Assembly: GCA_964410585.1 (NCBI GenBank)
Contig: CAYPFW010000001.1
Span: 512,001 to 576,000 of the forward strand
Reading direction: 5' to 3'
Source of the DNA: an uncultured archaeon
Lineage (GTDB): Archaea; Aenigmatarchaeota; Aenigmatarchaeia; QMZP01; JACQNV01
DNA: 64,000 bases
Position numbers and translations under genes: made by a program. Below are positions 9,293 through 18,910 of the stretch, one piece after another. A model generated the notes under the pieces. That model was not told the DNA's origin, ran no database searches, and saw nothing but the letters and a program-made list of their open reading frames with translations. Position 1 is the first letter of the stretch, and the number at the start of each line of letters is the position of its first letter.

Positions 9293-10536
9293 GGCACCAA
9301 CCGCTCAACAGTTCTTGGGAATAAAATGACTTCTTTTATGTCTGGTAAATTTAGAATTTGCTGAACTATTCTATCCAAGCCTAATCCTGCACCTCCATGA
9401 GGTGCCTGTCCAACTTTAAAAGCATTCAAGTAAAACTCGAATTTATGCGGATCTAAACCTTTTGACTTCATCACCTTTGTAAGCACATCGTATCTGTGTT
9501 CTCTCTGACCGCCTGATGTGATTTCCATTCCCTTAAAATCTAAATCAAAGCCCCTTGAGTATTTTCCATCCATCATTATGTAAAACGGCTTTATTTGTGA
9601 AGGGTATTTTGTGAAAAAGTATAATTCATGTCCTTTCTTTTCCATCATCTCTCCAACTATCCTTTCTTCCGCATCACCAAAATCGTCTCCCCATTTAAGG
9701 TGCTTTGCGCCTTCTGTTTTTTGCAACATTTTCAAAACATCATCATAATGTAGGCGCGGGAATGGAAGTTCTGGGACTTTTACTTTTACATCAAGTAACT
9801 CTAGTTGATCTCTACAATTTTTTGAGACTTCTTTCAGAATATGATGAACCAATCCCTCAACAATTTTCATGACCTCTTCTTCTGATTCTATCCAAGCAAT
9901 TTCTGTATCTATCATTGTGATTTCAGAAACATGTTTTCTAGTATGACTTTTTTCAGCTCTGAACGTTGAACCTATTTCCCAGATTTTATTCAATCCAGAA
10001 GCCATCAACATTTGCTTGTAAAGCTGTGGTGATTGTCGTAAGAAGGCCTCTTTTCCATAATAGATCAAAGGAAAGAGTTCAGCTCCGCCTTCTGCGCCTG
10101 CTGCTTGTATAACTGGAGTCTGCACCTCAAAGAAACTGTTCTTGGTGAAATACTCTCTGACCAATCTAAGAACTTCAGATCTAACTGTGAAAATTGCCCT
10201 GACTTTTGGATCTCTCAAATCCATATATCTGTAGTCAAGCCTTTTGTCTTTGTTGCTTTCGCCTGGTTCAATTGGCAAAGGGGGAACTGCTTTGTTTACT
10301 AATTCTAATTTTTTTGGAATCAGCTCTTTTCCGCCAGGAGCTTGCTTTGCTTCTTTCCAATCGCCTTCAACAGAAACACAATCTTCCCTGTTTAATTTTG
10401 AAAACATCTCAAAAACTTCATCTGGCACATTTCCTTTTTTTGCAGTGACTTGGACCAAACCTTGCTCTGACCTTAACTGGAAAAATTTTAGTCCACCAAT
10501 GTCCCTTAGGCTTGAAACCCAGCCGTTCAATTTCAT
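9289..10536 (-). CDS. aspS: Aspartate--tRNA(Asp/Asn) ligase, non-discriminating type
   Basis: OB fold GWVSSLRDIGG, QAPGG loop (Pro typical of ND-AspRS), LRQSPQLYKQ, FRAEKS, GGQRE, PHGGAGLGLDR. Confidence 0.93.
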   Translation of the reverse strand: MKLNGWVSSLRDIGGLKFFQLRSEQGLVQVTAKKGNVPDEVFEMFSKLNREDCVSVEGDWKEAKQAPGGKELIPKKLELVNKAVPPLPIEPGESNKDKRLDYRYMDLRDPKVRAIFTVRSEVLRLVREYFTKNSFFEVQTPVIQAAGAEGGAELFPLIYYGKEAFLRQSPQLYKQMLMASGLNKIWEIGSTFRAEKSHTRKHVSEITMIDTEIAWIESEEEVMKIVEGLVHHILKEVSKNCRDQLELLDVKVKVPELPFPRLHYDDVLKMLQKTEGAKHLKWGDDFGDAEERIVGEMMEKKGHELYFFTKYPSQIKPFYIMMDGKYSRGFDLDFKGMEITSGGQREHRYDVLTKVMKSKGLDPHKFEFYLNAFKVGQAPHGGAGLGLDRIVQQILNLPDIKEVILFPRTVERLVP

Positions 10537-10538
10537 AT

Positions 10539-10626
10539 GACCTTTTATCCAAAAGGTCAATCAAAAACGGAGCCTAAAATTTGCTTCGCTGCTGCTCGCA
10601 AATTTTTACGGCTTCCATAACTGACC
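10539..10626 (-). repeat. Family 1 element, copy C (aspS 5' leader)
   Basis: GACCTTTTATCCAAAAGGTC-AATCAAAAACGGAGCCTAAAATTTGC...GCAAATTTTTACGGCTTCCATAACTGACC, ending 2 nt from the aspS ATG. Confidence 0.9.
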
Positions 10627-10672
10627 GACTTTTGAACAGAATAGGATAATAAGAGTGAAGAATTAATAAGCG

Positions 10673-11401
10673 TTACTTTGACTTGTTCCAAATATCTAGG
10701 AAGAAGTTTTTGTATTGATTATAAAGCTGATCTGAAGTCACTTCCACTGCTGTGGGTCTCTCACCATAAATAAGGCTGATCACCTTGTTTTCTATTATGA
10801 TTGTACCAAGAGGGATTTCATTTTTTGTAGACCTTATCTTTACGTGTGTATTTCTTTTAAAAGCCTCTCTGATTTTTTTGTTTAGTGAGAAATGACAAAT
10901 AATTCTGTCATCAATTTTCTTTTCTCTCAGCTTTTCATGAAATTTGACCAACATTTGAGTGATTGCTGAGTTATCATAACCATCTCTAAAAGCAAAGGCC
11001 CAATAGTGATCATTTTTGGATAAACTTTCAGCTATTCTACTGAACAGCGCTTTCATTGATTTGAACCCTTCATGGACAATTGCTATCTGTTTTGAATCAG
11101 AATATTTTTGCTTTTCTTTCAATTCCTTCAAAACATTTTCAAACCTTTTCTTTCTCTCTTCTATTATATTTAATATTTCCTGTGGATCTGATGCTTGGAA
11201 ATGTTTGGTTTTGGAAACCACTATATAGCTAACTAATCCTTTTTCTATGAGCTTGTCTAGTGTTTGGTAAACTTTGGAATGTTGGAGTTTTGACCTTGAT
11301 GCAATTGGCCCAACCTTTGTCAAACCAAGCTCTAAAAGAGCTGTATAGACTTTTATCTCCCTTTCTGAAAAACCAAGTTCTTTGAAAATTTCTCTATCCA
11401 T
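10673..11401 (-). CDS. TrmB family transcriptional regulator
   Basis: LGFSEREIKVYTALL...VYQTLDKLIEKGLVS wHTH plus effector domain. Confidence 0.88.
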   Translation of the reverse strand: MDREIFKELGFSEREIKVYTALLELGLTKVGPIASRSKLQHSKVYQTLDKLIEKGLVSYIVVSKTKHFQASDPQEILNIIEERKKRFENVLKELKEKQKYSDSKQIAIVHEGFKSMKALFSRIAESLSKNDHYWAFAFRDGYDNSAITQMLVKFHEKLREKKIDDRIICHFSLNKKIREAFKRNTHVKIRSTKNEIPLGTIIIENKVISLIYGERPTAVEVTSDQLYNQYKNFFLDIWNKSK

Positions 11402-11403
11402 AC

Positions 11404-11426
11404 TTAAAACCTCCAGCGGGTTTTAA
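11404..11426. promoter_or_regulatory. Inverted repeat in divergent promoter region, possible TrmB operator
   Basis: TTAAAACC-N7-GGTTTTAA beside the regulator start. Confidence 0.35.
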
Positions 11427-11529
11427 GGAATCCAGCAACCATAGACTATTTTCGATTTAGAACTTATAAATCTTATATCTCCAAAGGGGGTAAACAAAGT
11501 TGATATAGATTAGTTTCTATTATTAAGTG

Positions 11530-12531
11530 ATGAATATGGCTAACATAAGAAAAGATTTATTGAATAAACTGGAGTTAAGAAGGCCTGAAGATGGGCAGGT
11601 TATTTTTACATATTTGGATGGACAGAGGTTGGCTATCAAAGACGAAAGCCAGCACGCAACCGACACCTACAAGGATTGGCACGGTTGGGGAATGGATGTA
11701 GACTATGTGAAAAATAGACATCCAAAAAAATTCATCTACTATCTTGTTTCAACTGGAAATGCAGGGATGTCTGACTTATACTTTGCAGATGAACTCAATA
11801 AAATTCTGGGGGAAGAAAAAATCACTGTTGTTGTTTTTTATCCAAAACACTATGACACAAAGCTTCTTGGTCCAGACAGCAAAAGAAGATGGACAAATGG
11901 AAAGCGATTTAGGGAGGAAATGGAGAGATATGGCAAAGTCATCCAAGTTGATTTTAATGAAAGGTTTTGGTCTAGACAGGCTTGTTTAGACAGGATGAAT
12001 GAGGAAGGGATTCCAGCAACACCTGAAAACTCAATGGACATTACAGAAGGCTTCAAACCAACATACGACCAAATAATGGAAAATTTTGGAGCACAGATCA
12101 TAAAAAAGTTTGGTTATTTTCCAAGAACTCTGGCAGTCAAACAATTTGGCGCAGGCATGCTGTATGACGATTGTAAAGCAGTTGCACGAAGGCATAGATG
12201 GCCAGTTGATTTTCTTGCAGTTAGCACAGGAAACAAAGACACAATAGCTGACAAAATCTGCGATGTTTCAGAAACTTGGCAAGAAAGCAGATCAGATCTT
12301 ATGACAAATGGGTATACAATCGCCAGGAACAGTGGAGATAGAATATACCAAGTATCCGATCAAGATATTTTCTGGGCTATGGAGCAGTTTGACAGTCGCG
12401 GTCTTGAATCAAGTCCTTCAGGTGCATCAGGATTAGCAGGTGTGAGAACAGCAAAACAAATAGTAGGAAAGCGATACGAACTTATTGCAACAATTGGAAC
12501 AGGAAATGAAATTGGGAGGTATGCTCAATGA
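11530..12531 (+). CDS. Divergent PLP-dependent enzyme, fold type II (threonine synthase/dehydratase-like)
   Basis: IKDESQHATDTYKD (cf. KxExxNPTGSFKDR), STGNAG, SPSGASGLAG, TGN. Confidence 0.7.
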   Translation: MNMANIRKDLLNKLELRRPEDGQVIFTYLDGQRLAIKDESQHATDTYKDWHGWGMDVDYVKNRHPKKFIYYLVSTGNAGMSDLYFADELNKILGEEKITVVVFYPKHYDTKLLGPDSKRRWTNGKRFREEMERYGKVIQVDFNERFWSRQACLDRMNEEGIPATPENSMDITEGFKPTYDQIMENFGAQIIKKFGYFPRTLAVKQFGAGMLYDDCKAVARRHRWPVDFLAVSTGNKDTIADKICDVSETWQESRSDLMTNGYTIARNSGDRIYQVSDQDIFWAMEQFDSRGLESSPSGASGLAGVRTAKQIVGKRYELIATIGTGNEIGRYAQ

Positions 12532-13136
12532 TAAAATATTTGGCAGCTTCGGCACTTGCATTGTTAATTGGTTGCGCGGCTCCGCAGAATAAGTCTGGAT
12601 CAGTAGAATTGTCAAGGGACAGCAGGGATTATACTAGCTTGAATGTTTATGGGAAAGCTGATTTGCCTATTGGAAATGTTTTCGGGCAGATAGAATTGAA
12701 GTCTGTACCAGGAGATGATGCATCAGACTTGGGTACTTTTAATATGAGGGCTAGAAATGTGAGATATATTAGAGACCTAGGTTTAGCAGCTGAACATAGG
12801 GGTTCAAGTGGGCCCAATAACGATGTTGATGAGATTGGTATTGCCTACAAACCAATAAAAGGTGTTGAAGCACGATTTTATCCTGCCACATCTGATGGAA
12901 GCAGTCAATTAGGGATTTCTTTCAGAGGAAATTTAGGAGAGTTCCATGGTTGGGATTTTTACTTTGGTGGTTTTGCTGATGTTAAGTTAGATGATGGAAA
13001 AACTTCTGGTGGAGGTAAGGCTAGTATATGTGCTGAAAAAGATGATATTGGCGTATTTTTGGAGATTAGACATTTCGATTCTGACAGAACAATTGGAAGA
13101 CTTGGAGGTGCTGCTGGACTTAGGTTTGGTTTTTAA
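12528..13136 (+). CDS. Secreted/lipoprotein with beta-barrel-like amphipathic strands
   Basis: Signal peptide with LIGC lipobox; alternating-polarity strands; ends AAGLRFGF. Confidence 0.55.
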   Translation: MIKYLAASALALLIGCAAPQNKSGSVELSRDSRDYTSLNVYGKADLPIGNVFGQIELKSVPGDDASDLGTFNMRARNVRYIRDLGLAAEHRGSSGPNNDVDEIGIAYKPIKGVEARFYPATSDGSSQLGISFRGNLGEFHGWDFYFGGFADVKLDDGKTSGGGKASICAEKDDIGVFLEIRHFDSDRTIGRLGGAAGLRFGF

Positions 13137-13841
13137 TCACTCGGAAATCTCCTTGCACTCCTCGCTTTTTTTCAAACCAAAAAAATTGCTGAGCTTGCCC
13201 TGTATCCTGCTTCCTTCAAGCTGTTTTATTGTGTCCCAGCTTTTTCTGACTATGTGTGGAAATTCTTTATGTGTTTTTCTCCATTCTCTCAGCCAATTCA
13301 TTGTTATTTCATTTGAAGGGTAGCCTGGGCCAAAATCTCCAAATTCTTTTTTCAATTCTTCAACCTCCTTTTCCCTTTCAACTTTTGCTATTATAGAAGC
13401 AGCTGAGACAACTTTGTATGTTGAATCTGCCTTATGTTCGACAACAAGTTCTGTGTTATTTTTCACCATGTGTTCTATGAAAGCTTTTATTTTTTTTAGG
13501 TTTGTATCAGGGGAATCAATATATGCAACTTGTCCATTCAAGTAATTAATTATATCTGCGAATTTCATTGCTTCCATTTTGTTTAGGTTAATTCCTTGGG
13601 ACTGATAGTTGTCGATTTTGCATGCACCTAATTTGATTACCAAAACATCTTTTGCAATATCTTCTATCTTTTTAGCAAGCTCTACGCGCTTTTTTTGAGA
13701 AAGCTCTTTTGAATCCTTCGCGCCCATTTTTTCTAGCAAAGGAATTTTGCTTTCTTCGATAGATACGCCCGCAATTACAAGTGGGCCAATGACAGCGCCT
13801 CTTCCGGCTTCATCAATGCCGACTACAATTTTCTCTACCAT
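13137..13841 (-). CDS. rnhB: Ribonuclease HII
   Basis: GIDEAGRG, KDSK, HKAD, SAASIIAK, GPGYPS. Confidence 0.95.
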   Translation of the reverse strand: MVEKIVVGIDEAGRGAVIGPLVIAGVSIEESKIPLLEKMGAKDSKELSQKKRVELAKKIEDIAKDVLVIKLGACKIDNYQSQGINLNKMEAMKFADIINYLNGQVAYIDSPDTNLKKIKAFIEHMVKNNTELVVEHKADSTYKVVSAASIIAKVEREKEVEELKKEFGDFGPGYPSNEITMNWLREWRKTHKEFPHIVRKSWDTIKQLEGSRIQGKLSNFFGLKKSEECKEISE

Positions 13842-13874
13842 AAACTCTATATCTATATTGTACTAATATATAAT

Positions 13875-14105
13875 ATGGAACTGAAAATCCTCGACAAACT
13901 AAAAGAAATGAACAGAATAACAAAAGTAGTTTGGGCTTTGCTAATTTTATTCTTTGTTGGAATTTTAATTTCTCATCTTACAGGAAGCTTGAACCAAATT
14001 GTGCTAATTTTGGGTGGTGCGTTTTTTTGGATATTTGTGGCGCTGTTGTTTGTTTTAATTGTTGCTATTTTCCTTGGGATTTTGGGGATTAGATTAAAGA
14101 AGTAG
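13875..14105 (+). CDS. Small two-TM membrane protein
   Basis: Two hydrophobic helices in 76 aa. Confidence 0.6.
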   Translation: MELKILDKLKEMNRITKVVWALLILFFVGILISHLTGSLNQIVLILGGAFFWIFVALLFVLIVAIFLGILGIRLKK

Positions 14106-15218
14106 ATCCCTTCCTGTCAAAGATTCACCCATTTGGATTCTATATATTGCTTCTGCAAGCATTGGTGCAACAGATCTAACTTCTAACCAATCTCTATTTT
14201 GTTCTAAATATCTATCGGATCTTGGAATAGAATCTGTACCAACAACTTGTATGCCAGCCTCCCTAAACCTATCCTCGGCTCTTTGATTAGTTTTTGGATC
14301 TCTACTCAAAACTAGATGTGTCCCATACTCCCTAACACTGAGGGCACCTTTTTCTATTAGCTTTTTGCCTCCACCACAACCTGTTTTTCCTGTATCTATT
14401 TGATCATCAACTTCAATTGCATGTCTTCCTCTTACAACATCCTCACCGATGACAAAGTAAAACTCAACACCTTCATCATTTCTCTTCTTCTCTACCATTG
14501 CAACTTTGAGCCCCGTTTTTTCAGCATATTGCCTTGTTCTTTTTAGTGATCCTTCGTCGGGGGCAACTGCAACGTAGTCTGGTTTTCCCTTAAAATCTTT
14601 TACAAAAAGCTGGAGCGCTCTCAAATGGTCAACAGGTATATTGAAAAATCCCTGCCCCTGTTCAGCATGAAGATCAAAAGTTAGAATTCTGTCTGCTCCA
14701 GAAACTTCTATAAGATCTGCAACTAGCTTCGCTGAAATTGGAACTCTGGCCCTATCAACTCTATCCTGTCTTTGGTATGGTATGTATGGAAGAACATTTG
14801 TTACTTCCTCCGCAGACGCAAGTTTCAAAGCCCTGTTGATTAGAAGAAGCTCCATTAAAGGCGTATGGGGGTCCACAGTGTCGTCCTCTGCATTGAATGT
14901 TTGAACAACGTAAACATTTTTCCTTCTCACTGTTTCTGATATTTGTGGGTAAATCTCCTTACTCGGGAAGACTGTGATGTTGACATCGTGCAAATAATTG
15001 TTTCCATTTGTTCGTCTACTAAATGCTAAAAGAAGACTCTGATAGAGGCTTTCTGCCCAGGATCTTAGCTGAGGTGTTAAACCATCTGGATAAGTAGGAT
15101 GTAAATCGCTTGGTTTAGCATGTTCTTGAACAAGTTCTGTAAATCTAGAATAAATTTTGTCTGCTAGAATTCTACTTCTAGGTGTTCTAAGAATTACAAG
15201 ATCGTCAGCCCTTGACAT
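14094..15218 (-). CDS. prs: Ribose-phosphate pyrophosphokinase
   Basis: FPSKEI, PYIPYQRQDR, DLHAEQ, VAPDEG, DDQIDTGKT. Confidence 0.9.
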   Translation of the reverse strand: MSRADDLVILRTPRSRILADKIYSRFTELVQEHAKPSDLHPTYPDGLTPQLRSWAESLYQSLLLAFSRRTNGNNYLHDVNITVFPSKEIYPQISETVRRKNVYVVQTFNAEDDTVDPHTPLMELLLINRALKLASAEEVTNVLPYIPYQRQDRVDRARVPISAKLVADLIEVSGADRILTFDLHAEQGQGFFNIPVDHLRALQLFVKDFKGKPDYVAVAPDEGSLKRTRQYAEKTGLKVAMVEKKRNDEGVEFYFVIGEDVVRGRHAIEVDDQIDTGKTGCGGGKKLIEKGALSVREYGTHLVLSRDPKTNQRAEDRFREAGIQVVGTDSIPRSDRYLEQNRDWLEVRSVAPMLAEAIYRIQMGESLTGRDLLL

Positions 15219-15404
15219 TTTTGCCTCCGATTCTAATTAACACTAAGAAATAAAAATGAATTGGGTTTTGTTTTTGACAAAATGATGTATATTCTTCTGA
15301 AACCAGTTAGAAACCGAAACTGGCAAAACCAGTTTCCAGCTGATGTGTTTTTTAGTTCAGGTTTTCTTTATCCGGAATATATTGAAAGAAAAAGTGAAAA
15401 TCAA

Positions 15405-15533
15405 TAGCGAGGGTTGGATTTGAACCAACGACCTTTACCCGAAGAATATTATCTTCTCTGGGTTATGATTCTGGTTGGTATTTATTTCTAATTACCAAAG
15501 CCCAGCGAGAACTCCAAGCTCCTCCACCTCGCT
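15405..15533 (-). tRNA. Initiator tRNA-Met(CAU) with two non-canonical introns: 32/33 (15469-15499) and 43/44 (15435-15457)
   Basis: A1-U72, acceptor AGCGAGG/CCTCGCT, GGG/CCC anticodon stem; both introns form BHB motifs. Confidence 0.9.
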
Positions 15534-15600
15534 ATCGATAGGTTATAATGGGTCTGTGTATATTAAAAAGGTTTTTATACAGGATTGGACAAAAATAAAG

Positions 15601-16134
15601 ATGATATCAAAAGGTATATTTGTTTTACTTCTTGTTTCAATTGTTTTAGTCAGCGGGTGTGTAAATAATCCTCCACAGCCAAATGTAGAGCCAACAAAAG
15701 AAACACCATCTGCAGCAGATAAAACATACACATTTACTGATTTAGGCATTAAGCTAAACTATCCAAACACATGGACAACAGAAACATTTCTAGGCCAAAC
15801 AAGGTTTTTGTCAAAAGATGAAAGTGATTATTCCATACCAACTGTTTTGAGTGTAAGCGCTGAAGATTGGACAGGTACACTGGACGAATATACAACAAAA
15901 TATATTGGAGAGCTGACTTCAGCGGACGAGTCAACAATAGAAACAGAATCAGCAACAGTAGCAAATATAGAAGCGAATAAAATAACATTTAGTGGAGAGG
16001 GCAGACAATTTGTGCATACAGTTTTCTTAAAAAATGGAAAAGCATATTCATTAGCATTTGGCACATCTGAAGATACGTTTACAAAATACTTCCCTGATTC
16101 TGAATCAATACTAGGCTCCCTCGAATTTGTATAA
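15601..16134 (+). CDS. PsbP-like lipoprotein
   Basis: Lipobox VSGC, linker, GIKLNYPNTW, KNGKAYSLAF, ILGSLEF. Confidence 0.75.
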   Translation: MISKGIFVLLLVSIVLVSGCVNNPPQPNVEPTKETPSAADKTYTFTDLGIKLNYPNTWTTETFLGQTRFLSKDESDYSIPTVLSVSAEDWTGTLDEYTTKYIGELTSADESTIETESATVANIEANKITFSGEGRQFVHTVFLKNGKAYSLAFGTSEDTFTKYFPDSESILGSLEFV

Positions 16135-16168
16135 TTCCTATTTTTAACCAACTCACTAATATTATACC

Positions 16169-17866
16169 ATGTTGTATTCTAAACTAGCCGACACATACGA
16201 AAAACTTGAAAAAACTTCTGGAAGGTTGGATAAGACAGCTATAATAGCTGACCTCCTGAAAGAGGCAAAACCAGAGGATCTGGAAAAAATTTCTTTGTTG
16301 GTTCAGGGAGTTGTCTTCCCTTCTTGGAGTGAAAAAGAGATAGGCGTGGCCAAAAAAATGGTGATCAGGATTATTTCTGTTGCAACTGGGTTTCCTGATT
16401 CTGAAATTGTAAACAGGTACAACAAGATTGGTGATCTTGGTTTGGTGGTTGAAGAGCTTGTTTCAAAAAAGAAACAGCAAACACTTTTGCAAAAACATTT
16501 AACAGTTGAAAAAGTTTTTGAGAATTTGAGGAAGCTGGCAGAAATGGAAGGCACAGGATCGCAGGACAGAAAGGTCTCTTTGGTTTCTGAATTGATTTCT
16601 TTTTCAAAACCAAAAGAGTCTAAATACATTGTTAGAACTGTTTTAGAAGAGTTGAGAGTGGGGGTTGCTGAAGGTGTGCTGAGGGACGCAATAGGAAAAG
16701 CATTTGATGTAAGCCCAACAGATGTTGAAAATGCTTGGTTTATTTTGCCTGATTATGGAGAGATTGCAAAAATAGCAAAAGAAAAAGGTGAGAGAGGCCT
16801 CAAGAATGTTGAGATAAGCCTAGGCACACCGATAAATGTTTTGCTTGCTGAAAAATCTCCTTCTTTAGAAGAGGCACTAAATGAATTTGATAACACTGCC
16901 TTAGAATTCAAATATGATGGAATGAGATGCTTGATACACAGAAAAGGGGACAGAGTTTGGATATTTACACGAAGGCTGGAAGATGTCACAGCAGCCTTCC
17001 CAGATATTGTTGAATTGGTTAGAAAAAATGTCAAAGCAGACAATTGTATTCTAGATTCTGAGGCAATTGGACTGGATCCAAAAACCAATAAGCCTCAACC
17101 ATTCCAAGTTTTATCAACAAGGATAAAAAGGAAGTATGATGTTGAGAAAACGCTAAAAGAAATTCCGATAAAAATTAATTTTTTTGATATACTCTATCTT
17201 GATAAAAAAACCCTTTTTGATTTGCCATTAAGGGAAAGGTATGAAATTTTGAGAAAAACCTTTAAACCAATAGAAGGCAAGCTACAACTAGCTGAGCATT
17301 TAGAGACAAAAGACTTGAAAGAGGCTGAAAAATTTTATAAAAAATCTTTAAGCGAAGGGAATGAAGGACTTATTGTAAAAAACTTGGATGCAAAATATCA
17401 GCCTGGGAGAAGAGTTGGTTTTTGGCTTAAAGTAAAACCAACAATGGAGAACCTTGATTTAGCAATTATCGGTTTTGTTTGGGGAACTGGAAAAAGAACA
17501 GGGTGGGCAGGCTCGCTGATTCTTGGTTGTAAAGATGAAAAAACAGGAAAGTTTTTGGAGTGTGGTATGCTTGGAACAGGTATAAAAGAGAAAAAAGAAA
17601 ATGAAGGCGACCTAACATTTGAAGAATTGACAAAAATGTTGAGACTACTAATTATTGAAGAAAAAGAAAGCCAGGTTATTGTGAAGCCGAAAATTGTGAT
17701 TGAAGTTGCATATGAGGAGATACAAAAATCTCCAACATATTCTTCTGGATATGCTTTAAGATTTCCTAGATTCGTTAGAGAAAGAACTTTGGAAAAATCT
17801 GCCTCAAAATGCGATACTTTGGAGAGGTTGGAGATACTATTTAACCAACAAAAGAAGAGAAATTAA
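16169..17866 (+). CDS. lig: ATP-dependent DNA ligase
   Basis: EFKYDGMR, EGLIVK, WLKVK, LRFPRF. Confidence 0.96.
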   Translation: MLYSKLADTYEKLEKTSGRLDKTAIIADLLKEAKPEDLEKISLLVQGVVFPSWSEKEIGVAKKMVIRIISVATGFPDSEIVNRYNKIGDLGLVVEELVSKKKQQTLLQKHLTVEKVFENLRKLAEMEGTGSQDRKVSLVSELISFSKPKESKYIVRTVLEELRVGVAEGVLRDAIGKAFDVSPTDVENAWFILPDYGEIAKIAKEKGERGLKNVEISLGTPINVLLAEKSPSLEEALNEFDNTALEFKYDGMRCLIHRKGDRVWIFTRRLEDVTAAFPDIVELVRKNVKADNCILDSEAIGLDPKTNKPQPFQVLSTRIKRKYDVEKTLKEIPIKINFFDILYLDKKTLFDLPLRERYEILRKTFKPIEGKLQLAEHLETKDLKEAEKFYKKSLSEGNEGLIVKNLDAKYQPGRRVGFWLKVKPTMENLDLAIIGFVWGTGKRTGWAGSLILGCKDEKTGKFLECGMLGTGIKEKKENEGDLTFEELTKMLRLLIIEEKESQVIVKPKIVIEVAYEEIQKSPTYSSGYALRFPRFVRERTLEKSASKCDTLERLEILFNQQKKRN

Positions 17867-17889
17867 CTATCAAATTCGGTATTTTTAGT

Positions 17890-17937
17890 GGGCTTGTATA
17901 ACGGTGTTATATAACTAAAACCGCTATACAGAAGCCC
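17890..17937 (+). terminator. Long hairpin after lig (terminator or processing signal)
   Basis: GGGCTT-GTATA-ACGGT...ACCG-CTATAC-AAGCCC imperfect inverted repeat. Confidence 0.35.
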
Positions 17938-18124
17938 CATAAATTTTGGCAAAAACCGAAAGGTATTTAAATATATCGTTGTCATTGCTAGGTGACAAAA
18001 GCTTATATAGCTTAGCTACAATAATTACACACTAAATACATTATATTGGTTTTGTAGTAGTAACAAACTGTAATGTATATAAAGGAGAATACCCCTATAT
18101 TTTATTAAAAGGGGGCTTTATCAT

Positions 18125-18910
18125 ATGGTTGTATCAACAGAAGTTTTGGACGCTCTAAAAGGCATCGGATTAAACTTATACGAAAGGAAAATATTTGTAG
18201 CTTTGCTTGCTAAAGGAATTGCAACAGCAGGTGAGGTGTCAGGAATTGCAAAAGTTCCTAGATCTCGTTCTTATGATATTCTTGAAAGTTTAGCTGAGAA
18301 AGGTTTTGTTATCATGCAACCCTCTAAGCCTATTAGATATATTGCATTGGATCCATCAGACGCATTAGAAAGAGTTCAATCAAATATGGAAGTTAAACAT
18401 GCTGAGACTCTTCAAAGAATGGAAAAAATGAAAACTTCCCCTGTTCTAGCTGAACTTCAAAAAGTTTTCAAGACAGGATTTTCACTTGTCCAGCCATTTG
18501 AAATGACTGGAACAATAAAAGGCCGACACTCAATTAACCAACATGTTAAATCTTTGCTAAAAGGCGCAAAGAGCAATGTCACATTCTTGACAACAGAAAA
18601 CGGTCTACAAGACCTTCATTCTGCACACTTTAACACATTGAAAAAACTTTCTAAAAGAGGAGTTAAAATAAAAGTTTATGCTCCTTTGAAAGACAAAGTA
18701 AAAGCTGGCAAACTAAAGGAAGTTGCTGACTTAAACCACGTTGATGCTTCAAAAGGAAGGGTTGTCACAATCGATGACCAGCACGTTGTTTTCTCATTGA
18801 CAAACGATACAGAAGTGCACCCAACACAAGATGTCGCATTCTGGACAAACTCACCACACGCAGTCAAAGATGTTTTCCAGCCAATGCTTCAAGCTTCTTT
18901 GAAGAGATAG
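18125..18910 (+). CDS. TrmB family transcriptional regulator (TrmBL2-like)
   Basis: IGLNLYERKIFVALL, VPRSRSYDILESLAEKGFV. Confidence 0.88.
   Translation: MVVSTEVLDALKGIGLNLYERKIFVALLAKGIATAGEVSGIAKVPRSRSYDILESLAEKGFVIMQPSKPIRYIALDPSDALERVQSNMEVKHAETLQRMEKMKTSPVLAELQKVFKTGFSLVQPFEMTGTIKGRHSINQHVKSLLKGAKSNVTFLTTENGLQDLHSAHFNTLKKLSKRGVKIKVYAPLKDKVKAGKLKEVADLNHVDASKGRVVTIDDQHVVFSLTNDTEVHPTQDVAFWTNSPHAVKDVFQPMLQASLKR

Noticed and set aside
10539-10626. Repeat as an mRNA intron restoring the short aspS N-terminus
   Set aside because: No upstream coding exon or BHB junction is visible; the upstream sequence looks like a promoter.
15475-15600. N-terminal extension of the PsbP-like ORF
   Set aside because: It overlaps the initiator tRNA; the signal peptide starts at 15601.
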